Assembly (NCBI GenBank): GCA_965178125.1 | Contig: OZ237748.1 | Coordinates: 248,001 to 312,000, forward strand | DNA from: Bilabrum cf. latius | Taxonomy: Eukaryota | Length of the DNA stretch: 64,000 bases | Reading direction: 5' to 3' | Shown: positions 13,137-26,309 of the stretch, in pieces | How positions within the stretch are numbered: position 1 is the stretch's first letter | Layout: every line of letters begins with the position of its first letter | Translations under genes and position numbers: made by a program | Notes under the pieces: model-generated | What the model was told of the DNA's origin: nothing | Seen by the model: only the letters and a program-made list of their open reading frames with translations | Databases searched by the model: none

Positions 13137-13467
13137 ATTGTTATATATAATGGGTATATATTATTTGTAATTTATCCATACTTATATTATATAATGAAAA
13201 TAAATAAAACGACACAACCATATTTTAATGAATACGAGAACGATATATTTGATGATGTAAATTTTAAAAAGGGGGCTAATCTATTTTTAAATGGTTCTTA
13301 TGCTATTCCTTATTATTCATTATTTGCTAGTGATATAGATTTATATCAGAGAGTAGAACCAGAATATATTAATGCTTTAATAAGATTTGTAAAGGTTTTT
13401 ATAACTTAGGTTAATTTTATTGAGGTTAAAGCCGGTAATAAGAAATACAAAACTATTAAATCTTTCA

Positions 13468-16400
13468 TATCTGATGCTATTCAGTGTCAGTTGGATGTCT
13501 CTTTCAGTCAAGGTTTGGCAAGTCAACAGACATGGCAGTGACAAGGCCGTCCGACGCTTGGTGGAACGGCGCAGTCGCTGCGAAAATCTGCCCAGGGAGT
13601 GGTGGGTGGGTAACAACAAGCAAAGCTCGTGGACCGACCTGTCTCCCTCAGTGTCGAGACAACTCTGGACAAGCAGGAAACTCCGATGAGTGGTCGGTGG
13701 CGCCGCGCAACCGCTCAGCGGAACATGCAAGAGACCCTGATCACAGTGTCGCATCAGAGTCGAACGCTTCGCGTTAGGTATCTGATGCTATTCAGTGTCA
13801 GTTGGATGTCTCTTTCAGTCAAGGTTTGGCAAGTCAACAGACATGGCAGTGACAAGGCCGTCCGACGCTTGGTGGAACGGCGCAGTCGCTGCGAAAATCT
13901 GCCAAATCTGCCAAATCTTGTGTGTTGGTGATGATGTCCAAGGATCGTCCAGATGTCGTTGGATTCATCACGTGAAAGGCGGCTCGGTTGGGACCATGCA
14001 TCGCTGTCTTCATCACTGTCACAGTCGACAGACACAGTCTCATCAGAGCAAGACGCCTTATCGTCGACGAGCACGTTCGGTTTTTGAACATGCGAGGCAC
14101 CTATCTGCATGGCCCTGCAAGGTGCGGTTGCAAGTGCCGTTGATAGCATGTTCGACCTAGCGGCAACCTGAGCATCAGCTGCAGGTGCCGCGGCGTGCAG
14201 CTCCGCAATAGCAGGCTGCTCCATCGTGCCAGCGGCAGCCTGAGCATCAGCTGCAGGTGCCGCGGCGGGCAGCTCCGCAGCAGCGGGCTGCTCCATCTTG
14301 CCAGCGGCAACCTGAGCATCAGCTGCAGGTGCCGCGGCGTGCAGCTCCGCATCCGCGGGCTGCTCCATCTTGCCAGCGGCAACCTGAGCATCAGCTGCAG
14401 GTGCCGCGGCGTGCAGCTCCGCAGCAGCGGGCTGCTCCATCTTGCCAGCGGCAACCTGAGCATCAGCTGCAGGTGCCGCGGCGTGCAGCTCCGCAGCAGC
14501 GGGCTGCTCCATCTTGCCAGCGGCAACCTGAGCATCAGCTGCAGGTGCCGCGGCGTGCAGCTCCGCAGCAGCGGGCTGCTCCGTCTTGCCAGCGGCAACC
14601 TGAGCATCAGCTGCAGGTGCCGCGGCGGGCAGCTCCGCAGCAGCGGGCTGCTCCATCTTGCCAGCGGCAACCTGAGCATCAGCTGCAGGTGCCGCGGCGT
14701 GCAGCTCCGCATCAGCGGGCTGCTCCATCTTGCCAGCGGCAACCTGAGCATCAGCTGCAGGTGCCACGGCGTGCAGCTCCGCAACGGTGGGCTGCGCCAG
14801 CTTGCCAGCGGCAACCTAGGCATCAGCAGTTCGTGCCTCAGGTGTCGGGCCAGGAGGCAAGGAGTCGTGTTGGGCGCGCGATGCGATTCCAAGTGGCCTG
14901 GAAGTCACTATGCTGCGTCGTAGGCGCGGGCAGTATGCGGTGACAGGCACAACATTGCAATGGCGTGCTCCGGGACAGAGCTTGAGCAACGAGCGGGCAT
15001 GCTGAGTCCGCCAACTGTTACCGGTTGGGTGCCGCCTACGGTACGCATCCCATTTGCAACTCGTCAAGACAAATGAAGCAGCGTCCGTGCTACTACCAGC
15101 GGCAACCTGAGCATCAGCTGCAGGTGCCGCGGCGTGCAGCTCCGCATCAGCGGGCTGCTCCATCTTGCCAGCGGCAACCTGAGCATCAGCTGCAGGTGCC
15201 GCGGCGGGCAGCTCCGTAGCAGCGGGCTGCTCCATCTTGCCAGCGGCAACCTGAGCATCAGCTGCAGGTGCCGCGGCGTGCAGCTCCGCATCAGCGGGCT
15301 GCTCCATCTTGCCAGCGGCAACCTGAGCATCAGCTGCAGGTGCCGCGGCGTGCAGCTCCGCATCAGCGGGCTGCTCCATCTTGCCAGCGGCAACCTGAGC
15401 ATCAGCTGCAGGTGCCGCGGCGTGCAGCTCCGCAATAGCAGGCTGCTCCATCGTGCCAGCGGCAGCCTGAGCATCAGCTGCAGGTGCCGCGGCGTGCAGC
15501 TCCGTAGCAGCGGGCTGCTCCATCTTGCCAGCGGCAACCTGAGCATCAGCTGCAGGTGCCGCGGCGTGCAGCTCCGCAGCAGCGGGCTGCTCCATCTTGC
15601 CAGCGGCAACCTGAGCATCAGCTGCAGGTGCCGCGGCGTGCAGCTCCGCATCAGCGGGCTGCTCCATCTTGCCAGCGGCAACCTGAGCATCAGCTGCAGG
15701 TGCCGCGGCGTGCAGCTCCGCATCAGCGGGCTGCTCCATCTTGCCAGCGGCAACCTGAGCATCAGCTGCAGGTGCCGCGGCGTGCAGCTCCGCATCAGCG
15801 GGCTGCTCCATCTTGCCAGCGGCAACCTGAGCATCAGCTGCAGGTGCCGCGGCGTGCAGCTCCGCATCCGCGGGCTGCTCCATCTTGCCAGCGGCAACCT
15901 GAGCATCAGCTGCAGGTGCCGCGGCGTGCAGCTCCGCAGCAGCGGGCTGCTCCATCGTGCCAGCGGCAACCTGAGCATCAGCTGCAGGTGCCGCGGCGTG
16001 CAGCTCCGCAGCAGCGGGCTGCTCCATCTTGCCAGCGGCAACCTGAGCATCAGCTGCAGGTGCCGCGGCGTGCAGCTCCGCAGCAGCGGGCTGCTCCATC
16101 GTGCCAGCGGCAACCTGAGCATCAGCTGCAGGTGCCGCGGCGTGCAGCTCCGCATCAGCGGGCTGCTCCATCGTGCCAGCGGCAACCTGAGCATCAGCTG
16201 CAGGTGCCGCGGCGTGCAGCTCCGCATCCGCGGGCTGCTCCATCTTGCCAGCGGCAACCTGAGCATCAGCTGCAGGTGCCGCGGCATGCAGCTCCGCATC
16301 CGCGGGCTGCTCCATCTTGCCAGCGGCAACCTGAGCATCAGCTGCAGGTGCCGCGGCGTGCAGCTCCGCATCAGCGGGCTGCTCCATCTTGCCAGCGGCA

Positions 16401-16860
16401 ACCTGAGCATCAGCTGCAGGTGCCGCGGCGTGCAGCTCCGCAGCAGCGGGCTGCTCCATCGTGCCAGCGGCAACCTGAGCATCAGCTGCAGGTGCCGCGG
16501 CGTGCAGCTCCGCATCAGCGGGCTGCTCCATCTTGCCAGCGGCAACCTGAGCATCAGCTGCAGGTGCCGCGGCGTGCAGCTCCGCATCAGCGGGCTGCTC
16601 CATCTTGCCAGCGGCAACCTGAGCATCAGCTGCAGGTGCCGCGGCGTGCAGCTCCGCATCAGCGGGCTGCTCCATCTTGCCAGCGGCAACCTGAGCAACA
16701 AGCAAAGCTCGTGGACCGACCTGTCTCCCTCAGTGTCGAGACAACTCTGAACAAGCAGGAAACTCCGATGAGTGGTCGGTGGCGCCGCGCAACCGCTCAG
16801 CGGAACATGCAAGAGACCCTGATCACAGTGTCGCATCAGAGTCGAACGCTTCGCGTTAGG
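13468..16860 (-). mobile_element. Non-autonomous Ngaro-like element (family C)
   Basis: Split direct repeats B 13468-13592 = 13779-13903 and A 13614-13778 = 16696-16860; TATCT present at both ends and at the internal junction; no RT or YR. Confidence 0.85.
14160..16696. repeat. 72-bp tandem repeats in two blocks (~14160-14820, ~15096-16696) encoding ADAQVAAGKMEQPADAELHAAAPA on the minus strand
   Basis: About 9 + 22 near-identical head-to-tail units with no spacers; minus frame 13754-16705 is continuous with TAG=Gln. Confidence 0.95.
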
Positions 16861-18028
16861 TATCTACACCCGTTAAAACCATATACAAATAGATTTATTC
16901 AGGAGAAAATCCATATTTAAAAGTTGATTTCTGGGCTTTTGATGGGAAATTTATAGATGAAATTAGCATAATTTATCATATAAGTGATTATGAAATAGAT
17001 TAGAACGAGGTTAAGGATGGATTAATTAAGGATGTAGATAAATATTATGGTTCTAATAATTTTAAAGTATTAAAAAGATTAAAAGATTTATTTAAATTGA
17101 GAGGAGAAAAAAATAACGAAAAGCGGGTTAATGAATTAATTGATAAAGAAGCCTTAGGATATTTATATTCTATAAGAATGAGATTAGAAAGTATGTTAAG
17201 AATAAAAGGATATCAAAAGGAAAAGAATAAATCATTTTAGAGCCTTAAAGGATTAATGAGAAAATCACTTGGAGAAGTAGAAATTATTAAAAAACACTTT
17301 TCTAAGTATTCTAAAGGTAATATTAACAGCATTATAAGGTGGATTGACCAATACATTAACAGGAAAACAAGAGCAGAAATTAAAAATATAATTATGTCAT
17401 TATAACTTTTTTTGTGATAATGACTAGAACAAGCTACCAACTGAAATTTTTAAACACGGATAAATGAATAATATTTTTTATTGAATTAATATATATAATG
17501 TTATCTTTACAATACACACAAAATAGCCATATTGTAGCTATTCAAAAATACAAAAGAACAGAACAAAACCGCTTTATTTACTACGACCCAAACGCAAATG
17601 ACATTCAACACGTCAAAGCAGAAGAAATAACCGACGATGTATTAAAATCATATTATGGAGAAAGCAGGGTAAGATATAATGTTGATAAAGACAAGAAAAG
17701 GGAACAATTACATAAACTATTACAAGACGAATATATACGCTCAGTATAGGAATTTATAATAAAAGATAAAAGCCACTATTTACCTTTTCCTATGCTTTAC
17801 CCTTAGGGGCGTGAATATGTGCGATTATTTGGTAAAAGTGGTAGCGGTAAAAGTCATTTAGCCTTACATTACATACGGATGTATAAAGGATTAAAATATA
17901 AAAATATGTATGTCATATCACCTATTCAAGACCCAAAATATAAGAGAGAAGGGGCATCATTCATAGATATTGATGATTTAGTTAAAGAAAATGAAAATTC
18001 AATTTATTGATCCTAACGCCGGATGGGG

Positions 18029-18642
18029 ATCTATCACTGCGAGATTGTTTCGTCTTGGTCTACAGTCCTCGCTACGATGTTTGACTCTCATGGCGGTGGC
18101 GTATTGCCACCTTTGAAGACACGCGTGTGTCTAGTGACCGACCTGGCTCTATCTCCAGGTCATGTGCTAGTGGTCGGGCAGCCCTGGTATGGGCTGCCGA
18201 GTCACCATGCCTCACGGCTCTGCCAAGACTTGGATTGTCTTGGCGAAGCGGTTACAACCGCTAACAGCGTGAAGCAACAGCCTAGTATCGATTCACTGCC
18301 AGTCAGTGCTTGCCCCGCCGTTACCAGCTGGTCCGAACGGGCTCCCTAAGCGGGCATGCGAACGGAAACCGGCTGTGCAAATCAGCTCTTGTTCAAAACA
18401 TCAAGCAGTGGGAATCACCTCCTATGGAGTTGCCCCTGCCTGTCTTCCCAGTGTGTATTGCCACATAATGACAATTATTACTGAGAATATCGGGGCACAG
18501 CTGTAGAACACAGGTGCCACCGAAATTCCGAACAAGTGAGAGCCTCACATCTGTGCTCGGACTTGCGACCAATACTACACAATCTCTCCGATCTAAATCA
18601 CTTCGTAACGTGCCTCCGTACCTACGGCACACAACTGACGGG
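18029..18642. mobile_element. Unclassified ~614-bp insertion inside repeat A1 of element D
   Basis: Absent from A2 (GGATGGGG|TTCGG); GGG at both ends; first ~50 bp resemble host intron sequence 2584-2633. Confidence 0.65.
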
Positions 18643-18798
18643 TTCGGTGTTGATGCCAGAGTGGGAGCGCGTGAACGTCTCGTTGGGTTCCGATGGCGGT
18701 TGCGACCGGGAAGGTGCGACCAAGCCAACGGATTGCTTGCGATGACGCGCATACCCTCTCTGTGTTCAGGAGAGGGGCGGAGATTGGGTAATTTTTGC

Positions 18799-19323
18799 CA
18801 CAACGCCGACGGCCCAGCCAAGTTCTCCATCCAAGCCGCAGAGCCCATCGCAGTCCATTGCAGAGCCGGACGATGGGCAGTCACAGGCAGCAGGTTCTGC
18901 GGCGTGCGAGCCTTCGTGGCGTGGGCAGCAGCGAGCCACGCCCCAACTGCAGGCGCAGACGAAGACTACGCCCGGTAGCTGGCGCTCAGCTGCCCCACGT
19001 CAGGGCCAGTCTTCGTGGCGAACACGAAGCCGATCGTCAAGGCGCAGGTCGTACGGGCGCTCCGCAGCTTCTGCTCACGAGAAGTTGCAGGAGCGGTGCA
19101 CGGACATTCCATCCGCATCGCGGCAGTGATGTGTTTGGACCGTGCTGGGGTCGCCTTCGAGGTCATTAGGCGATTCGGCAGATGGAAGTCGGCATCTGCA
19201 TGCGAGGTGTACTTGCGGGGCGTCAGGGAAGGCTTGCCTCCTCTGGAGCTCGGCGGCAGGAGCCTCGATTTGAACAGGCCAGTGTGGGTGCTGGCCAGCG
19301 CGCTGCGGCTGAACTTGGAGTGA
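18799..19323 (+). pseudogene. C-terminal fragment of tyrosine recombinase
   Basis: RFCGVR, GHSIRI, GRWKS, EVYLR motifs; N-terminal catalytic Arg region missing. Confidence 0.85.
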
Positions 19324-21150
19324 GCCACACAGCCGCAGCGTACAAGACATGGCGGTAAGATTTGGCGGAGTAGTGCACGTGCTCTTCCCAGCCCCGGTCA
19401 GTCCGGTCAAGGGTCGCGCACAGGCACAGCTTTGTCAGGTCTTGCCATGTCTGATTGTTAACGAGACTAGGTTGCGCGTACACTCTGGCATCATGATCCT
19501 AACGCCGGATGGGGTTCGGTGTTGATGCCAGAGTGGGAGCGCGTGAACGTCTCGTTGGGTTCCGATGGCGGTTGCGACCGGGAAGGTGCGACCAAGCCAA
19601 CGGATTGCTTGCGATGACGCGCATACCCTCTCTGTGTTCAGGAGAGGGGCGGAGATTGGGTAATTTTTGCCCACCCTCCCAACCCCCTCCTCCTCGGCGG
19701 AGTAGTGCACGTGCTCTTCCCAGCCCCGGTCAGTCCGGTCAAGGGTCGCGCACAGGCACAGCTTTGTCAGGTCTTGCCATGTCTGATTGTTAACGAGACT
19801 AGGTTGCGCGTACACTCTGGCATCAAAAGAAAAAATGGCTTATTATAAAAAAATGAAATTAGAATTTAAATATAAAAAAATTAAACTAATGAGAGAAAAC
19901 CCCTTAGATGTTGTTATTGAAGCCGAACGTAAAATAGAGGGATTAAAACCCGATAAAGATTTAATAGAAAAAGGTTTTAAATTAAATGTTGAATTTTTCA
20001 AAAAATTAACCGCTGAACCTAATTTATTTATTGTAGATGATTACGAAGGTTTTAAAAAAAGGAACCAGAAGGCAAAGGCTTATTTTTTATTGGAAATCCT
20101 AGCAACTACAGGGAGGCACACAGCAAGTAGTGTTTTAGACATCGCCCACAAAATAAGCGACGGTATGAAAACAAGAACCATAATGAACGAAATAACCACC
20201 CATATTATTTATAAAACAATCACCGCGACCAGTTTAAAATATATATTAGAAACTGTCTTAAATTTTGATGCTCCTACTAGAAAAAGAATTAAAAAAACCC
20301 TTCATTCTCTCCCTCTATTTGGTTATGTTGCTATTGAACTCTGCTGCGAATCAATGAGTGCTCCTTCTACATGCCCAATGGCCAAATCACGGATCCACTC
20401 CCACAGTTGGAGTAGTTCCATAAAAAAAAGAAAAGATGCCCCCCCTTCCCTGGGACAGTCCGCCCCGAATCGACTGAGCCGCTCAGTCTCGTCTCGCGCA
20501 TGCTAAACCACACTCGTCACTAATGTACACGTTACCTCTGTTCTTGCACCGTCCGCGCCTCCAGGCTCGCCCCGGTGCCTCCCTGTCTATTCCAACCCCA
20601 TTCTGATCTGCTGTCACCCCCGCGCCCTTGCGTGTCAGCCCTCGTCAGAAATCCTGCTGCCTCGTGGTCTGGATCCACTTGGCTGCGCCCGCTTCCCCTC
20701 CCTACCCGATGGGCCTCCACGCTCCCGAGCCCGCTGGCTTGCTCGGGCCTGTCAGTGCCCCTTCGTCGTCCCCGCCACGCGCCTGGTACCGCGCTCAGGG
20801 CCTCCCTTCCTCCCTATCCTCCGTTCATCTTGGAATCCTTCTCCTCTCCTCGGCCTTGCCCTCCTCGGCCGACCTCGCCCCTGTTGCCCGTCGCCTCCTC
20901 CACCCCCCACCCCCACCCCACCCGCCCTGTCCTGGCCCGTTTCCCTCCTCCTTCCGTCGCTGCTGTCCTCCCCCTGCCTGCACCCTACCGCTTTATCCCT
21001 CCCCAGCGGAGCCCTCACTGCCGTCTCACAGACCTCAATCCCAATGTCTTGACGACACAGATAATGAACTCTGCTGCGAATCAATGAGTGCTCCTTCTAC
21101 ATGCCCAATGGCCAAATCACGGATCCACTCCCACAGTTGGAGTAGTTCCA

Positions 21151-22314
21151 TTACTTTCCAATACTTGCAGCAGTTGCGGCGTGGTCCAGCGCGGCCGTCC
21201 ACACCCGTGTCGGCTGCGTGAGGTCGACCGAGGCGGCCAGGGGCAGCGGGCGCAACGCGAAGATGCTCTCGTTCCGGTACCGGCGGGCCGCGGCCAGTGT
21301 CTTCCAGGCCCCTGCGCGCATGATCGTGTCGTCCGAGCATCCCTGCCTGCTCAGCGTGGTGATGGCCGTGACGCGCAAGGAGTGCCCCGACAGGCGCAGC
21401 TCGGGCCGGCCGCAGCAGCGACGAAGCTCCGCAATGACGGTTGTGGCTCCACATTGCGCTGGTGCGAACAGGTACGCTGGTCCGGTTGCCGGGCGGTGCT
21501 CGAGGAAACGGCGCAGAGTCGCCACCGATGCGATGCCATGTGCTGCCCGCAAGTACTCGAGCAGGATGCGGACGCCGCAGAACCGGGCGCCATGCGGCTG
21601 CCCGCCCACGTACCGCACCGGACTTGCGCTGCTGAGCATCAGGGAGCGCGTGTCCCGCGACTTGTTCGGGCCCAACAGGATCTCGATGGAAGTGACAGCG
21701 CCGTCCGAGTCCACGCCCACGACCAGGTGGCCCCGGGCCATCCCGCGCTGTTCGTCACCCACGGTCGCCTGAGCGATCTCGCCTAAGCGGGCCGCGCTGA
21801 AGAACGCCACGGCTGCTGCCGTGCGGGCGGCGTGTGCCTGGCTACCCCGAGGTTGCGCAGTGAACCACACTGCGAGGCGCTGCAGCTCGGCAGGAGGTTT
21901 GCGTCCGGAGGCCCCTTTGGCTGCCACTGGGCCCCCTGGTGCCGCAGCTCTGGCCATGTGGGTGGCGAAGTACGACAGCAGCGAGCGCAGCCGCTTGGAT
22001 TGACCACCCGGCAGGCCGTGCAGCACGACGAATGCCCTGAAGACGTTGCTGACGTAGGAACGCAGAGTTGGTCCCCCAATCGAGCCGGAGCGGTCCTCGC
22101 CGCGCCAGACGGCGTACCGGCAACATGCGATGTCGAGCGCCCGCTGTGCCCTCAATGGGTCCTCGTAGCCTGCGCATGGGTCTTCGTCGTCCCCCCGGGC
22201 GCGACGGAATTGCTCGAATCCGCGGAGGGCTGAAGCCCCTGAAGCCAAACCCTTAGCTCCACCGCCCGAGAGCGCCCGAACCGTTGCATACATGTCCAGA
22301 TCCACCGCGGACAC
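21151..22314 (-). CDS. Ngaro-A tyrosine recombinase (ORF3; start uncertain)
   Basis: AARLGEI, GHSLRV, GAWK, RRY catalytic motifs; overlaps the 3' end of ORF2. Confidence 0.92.
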   Translation of the reverse strand: MSAVDLDMYATVRALSGGGAKGLASGASALRGFEQFRRARGDDEDPCAGYEDPLRAQRALDIACCRYAVWRGEDRSGSIGGPTLRSYVSNVFRAFVVLHGLPGGQSKRLRSLLSYFATHMARAAAPGGPVAAKGASGRKPPAELQRLAVWFTAQPRGSQAHAARTAAAVAFFSAARLGEIAQATVGDEQRGMARGHLVVGVDSDGAVTSIEILLGPNKSRDTRSLMLSSASPVRYVGGQPHGARFCGVRILLEYLRAAHGIASVATLRRFLEHRPATGPAYLFAPAQCGATTVIAELRRCCGRPELRLSGHSLRVTAITTLSRQGCSDDTIMRAGAWKTLAAARRYRNESIFALRPLPLAASVDLTQPTRVWTAALDHAATAASIGK

Positions 22315-25300
22315 CGCACCCGCTCCACCGTCTCGCCCCAGCGGAGGTAGCGGCGATGCGAGAAGTTCCGAGAGAGAGCGTCTGCCACAAAGTTGGCCTT
22401 GCTGCTCACGTGCTGCGAGAAGAGCTGAAAGTCATGGCGTGTCACGGTAGTGAACAACGGCCCCAACAGTCTGTTGAGGCACAAGCGACGCGCGGAGCCC
22501 TTGCGGACAGACGTACACACAGGCAAATTGTCCCCGTACACGGTCACATTCCGGCCAGCCAGCTCCGGCGCCCACCGCTGCACCAGGAGCACCACAGCCG
22601 CCAGTTCTGCCTGAGGCATCTGACTGGGACCCACGGGCCGTGGCCAGAAGCCCTGGACCAGGCGCCGGCCCCGATGACGATCAGCAGGAGTGCCGTAGAG
22701 CTATAGCGTGCCCCCAAATCCGTCCTTGCTAGCGTCCACGTACAGCACAGCCCGCGGCCCCCTGTGAGGAGACGTTGGGAAACGACGTGAGCGATTGGCT
22801 TGCACACTAGCTCGCAGCGTTCGCAGGGTGTCGAGGATTGGCCTGTCGAGGTGATGAGGTCCGCCCCGTAGCGGCATCCGATGCTGGGCACACTGCAGTA
22901 GCCCAAGCTGGGGCTTCAGGCACACCAGAGCGCCCGCTGCGAACCCCAGCTCCCCGATGACCGACTTGAACTCCAACGACGTGGCGACCGACCCGGCCGC
23001 GATGATGGATGTCAAGCGCGCCACCAGGGCCTCTTGCTTGGCCTGCGGGAGGGAAATTCGCATGGCAGCGAGGTCCAACTCGTAGCCGAGGTAGGTGAGT
23101 ACTGAGCGAGGACGCTCCCCGCGCGCCTTTGACCGCGAGATGGGAAATCCCAAGTACTCAGCCTCCGACATGAGCTGGGCCGTCAGCCATGGAGCTCGGG
23201 GCGCGGCGGCAAGAAGCAGCTGGTCGTCGCTGAAGACAGTCGTTGCACACGGTGCTCTCGAGGGCGTGAAGCTGCTGCGCTCGCGAAACCGGCGGTTAAA
23301 GGCAGTGCTGGTGAGGCAGGCCCACCCAGGCGAGGACGCCGAGCCCATGCTGAGAACGGCGTAGAGAGCCGCTCGGTCCCCCGTCTTGGACCACATGTGA
23401 CACGCGTCCTCCAGCCGAAGCTTGAGCGAAAAGAACCACTTGGAGAAGTCGATGGCGGCGCCATGCATGGCCACGCCCGCCGGGAGCCGGCGGCGGAACC
23501 GCACCGCCGCTTTCATGACCACGGTGATGTCGTCGAGCAAGCATGGCGTGTACTGTCGATAGTCCACGAAGCCGTTCACGCCCTTCCCCCTTGAGGAACT
23601 CACGCGAGCGGACGCGTCCACAATGGCACGAAACTGCCCCGCCGCCTTCTTGGCGATGTAGCTGGTGAACGAGATGCGTGAAGGCGGCACGTCGTGCGTA
23701 TCCAAGGGCACGATCCAGCCCGCACGAACAGCGGCGCCATGCGCCAGCTCTGCATGTATACGAGTGGCTGCATCCGAGTAGCGTGTCTGTTCCACCGTCA
23801 CGTCACGTGGGCTGCCCGCGCCGGGGTCGGTGCATAGTGGGAACCCGTACCGGATGCCAGCCAAGGCTGCCTCGTACAGCGAGAGCGCCTGCCAAGCGAC
23901 TGGCCCCTGAGGCTCGGGTGTAGGACAGCGCACGCCAAAGAAGGACTCCAGACGACGCAGGCGGGCATCGGTGCAGCGGGGCCCCCTCACGCAACCGCGG
24001 GCGACAGCCACATCGGCGAGTGGAGAGAGGAGCAGTCGGTGCCTGGCAAACTCGGCGGCAGGTGCCGATGACACACGCCGCAGTGGAGCAGAAGTGAAGT
24101 CAGCCAGGCGGGTGGAGGGGACGTCCTCGGCTGTCCGTGCCAATGGCAGTGGCGGCTCTGCAGCGGTGGTGTGCGACGTCCGTTGCAGCACACGAGGGAG
24201 CACGCATCTCCGCCACCGGGCCCGATCACGGCGGGCCTGTTCCTGCACGGACGGATCCAGCAGGGCCGGGACTGGCTTAAGTCGGCGGGAAGAGTCAGCG
24301 ATGGATGCAGAGAGACCAGCAGCCGTGAGAAGGGAAGCTGACTCAGGGATGGCCATGCAGGTGGTGGCGAGGTCGTCTGCCCCAGCCGCTGCCGCACCCG
24401 CTGCCTCCTCGCTGACCTGCTCTGCCTCCACGCCTGCCACGCACACTGCCTCCTCGCTGACCTGCTCGGCCGCCACGCCTGCCACGCACACTGCCTCCTC
24501 GCTGACCTGCGCTGCCTCCACGCCTGCCACGCACACTGCCTCCTCGCTGACCTGCTCTGTCGCCACGCCTGCCACGCACACTGCCTCCTCGCTGACCTGC
24601 TCTATCGCCACGCCTGCCACGCACACTGCCTCCTCGCTGACCTGCTCTGTCACCACGCCTGCCACGCACACTGCCTCCTCGCTGACCTGCTCTGTCGCCA
24701 CGCCTGCCACGCACCCTGCCTCCTCGCTGACCTGCTCTGTCGCCACGCCTGCCACGCACACTGCCTCCTCGCTGACCTGCTCTGTCGCCACGCCTGCCAC
24801 GCACACTGCCTCCTCGCTGACCTGCTCTGTCACCACGCCTGCCACGCACACTGCCTCCTCGCTGACCTGCTCTGCCGCCACGCCTGCCTCGCGCCCTGCC
24901 TCCTCGCTGACCTGCTCTGCCTCCACGCCTGCCACGCACACTGTCTCCTCGCTGACCTGCGCTGCCTCCACGCCATCCACGCACACTGTCTCCTCGCTGA
25001 CCTGCTCTGCCGCCACGCCTGCCACGCACACTGCCTCCTCGCTGACCTGCTCTGCCTCCACGCCTGCCACGCACACTGCCTCCTCGCTGACCTGCTCTGC
25101 CTCCACGCCTGCCACGCGCACTGCCTCCGCGCTGACCGGCGCTGCCTCCACGCCTGCCACGCACACTGCCGCCGCGCGGACCTGCTCGGCCGCCACCGCA
25201 GCCGCACGTAAGGCCGCCGGCGTGGCCGGTGCTGCCGTCACAGCTGCCGCAGGCCCGGGCGCCTCCGTGACAGGCGCCGCCTCCGCCGTGTCCACAGCGC

Positions 25301-26309
25301 CAACTGCACGCCCGCACTGACCGGCCCGCTGGGCACGCGACCACAACGGTGGCATTTTCCAAGATGACCAGGAGCGCCCCCGACAGTGGGACGCATGGGG
25401 GCGGCGTGGCGGCCTATAGGGCCGCCGCCGCACCTCAGCCCCGCCAAGCTGAGGTCTACAGATCTGCCCGGTGGGCAGACTGGGTCCCTCCTTCCCTCCA
25501 GCCCCCTCCTCCGTGGGAGCCAGAGTGAGCTTCGCCTCTCCAGTGAGGCTAGCTGCCGTGAATCGCAACGAGGCACTGTCAGGTGCCTGCTGCAGGGGAA
25601 TCGATCCTGTCACTCCCCAAGCCGCGTCCCGCAGTGCAGCCTCCTCCAAGTGCTGCCTGCCGGGCCCCCAGCCCGCCGCTGTGGCCCTCCAGTTCCAAGT
25701 GACCGGTGCTGCCGACCACTGTGTCGATTCCCCCCCCCAACTGCCCCCCCAGCTCCACGCCGGTCCCCACGACCGACGGCCCGGCCACCCCCCCCCACCC
25801 ACGCTCCACCGCAGGTCTCCCCACGGAGTGGCCGAGGCCCCCCACCACCGGAGCGCTGCCGCACCCAGGACGGGGAGACGGCCACCAGGCCGCCCCCCCC
25901 GCCCAGCTACGACTGGCGCCCCCCCGGGCCGCCGCGTCACCGTCCCCTCCGGCACCGTCCTCGTGGCGTCCCCCCGCTGCCCCCCCGCCGCCATCACTGC
26001 CCTGCCATGCACAACTCCCGCAGCGCCGGCCGCCCCCACCCCGGCAACCCCGAGCACCGCGTCCTCTGGCCGCGCCCCACCCGCAACCGCCCGCACCTCC
26101 GCCTCCGCCATGCCTCTTCCCGCAGCCGCCGACCCTCGCGCCCCTCCCCCGGTTCCCACCGCAACCACGACGTCCTCCTCCACCCCCCCCGTCCTCCAAG
26201 CCGCCGCCCCGCGGCGGATGCTGACGCGCTTCCCGCGCCTGCATCGCCTCCGGTGACGGCGGGCAAGGCCACGCCGAGCATGAGTGCCCAGCGCGGCCCC
26301 CTTGGCTAG
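22152..26309 (-). CDS. Ngaro-A ORF2: repeat region, reverse transcriptase and RNase H
   Basis: [33 protein letters not shown]; RNase H YVDAS, AELAAV, YGDN, ADALSR; TAG at 22701 aligns with Gln in Ngaro-B; in frame with ORF1. Confidence 0.92.
24400..25200. repeat. 45-bp tandem repeat in ORF2 ([15 protein letters not shown])
   Basis: About 17 units visible. Confidence 0.9.

Larger units (their letters stand above)
13194..17405 (+). pseudogene. Nucleotidyltransferase-like (Pol-beta fold) protein interrupted by element C
   Basis: FLNGSY...ASDIDLY motif; removing 13468-16860 restores ...KSFIS|TPVKT... to TAA; intact homolog at 57826-58644. Confidence 0.7.
18008..19825 (+). mobile_element. Internally deleted Ngaro element (family D)
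   Basis: A1 (18008-18799, interrupted), YR fragment, B1 19364-19493, A2 19494-19672, spacer, B2 19696-19825. Confidence 0.88.

Noticed and set aside
14160-16696. CRISPR array
   Set aside because: Head-to-tail 72-bp units without unique spacers; no cas genes; eukaryotic context.
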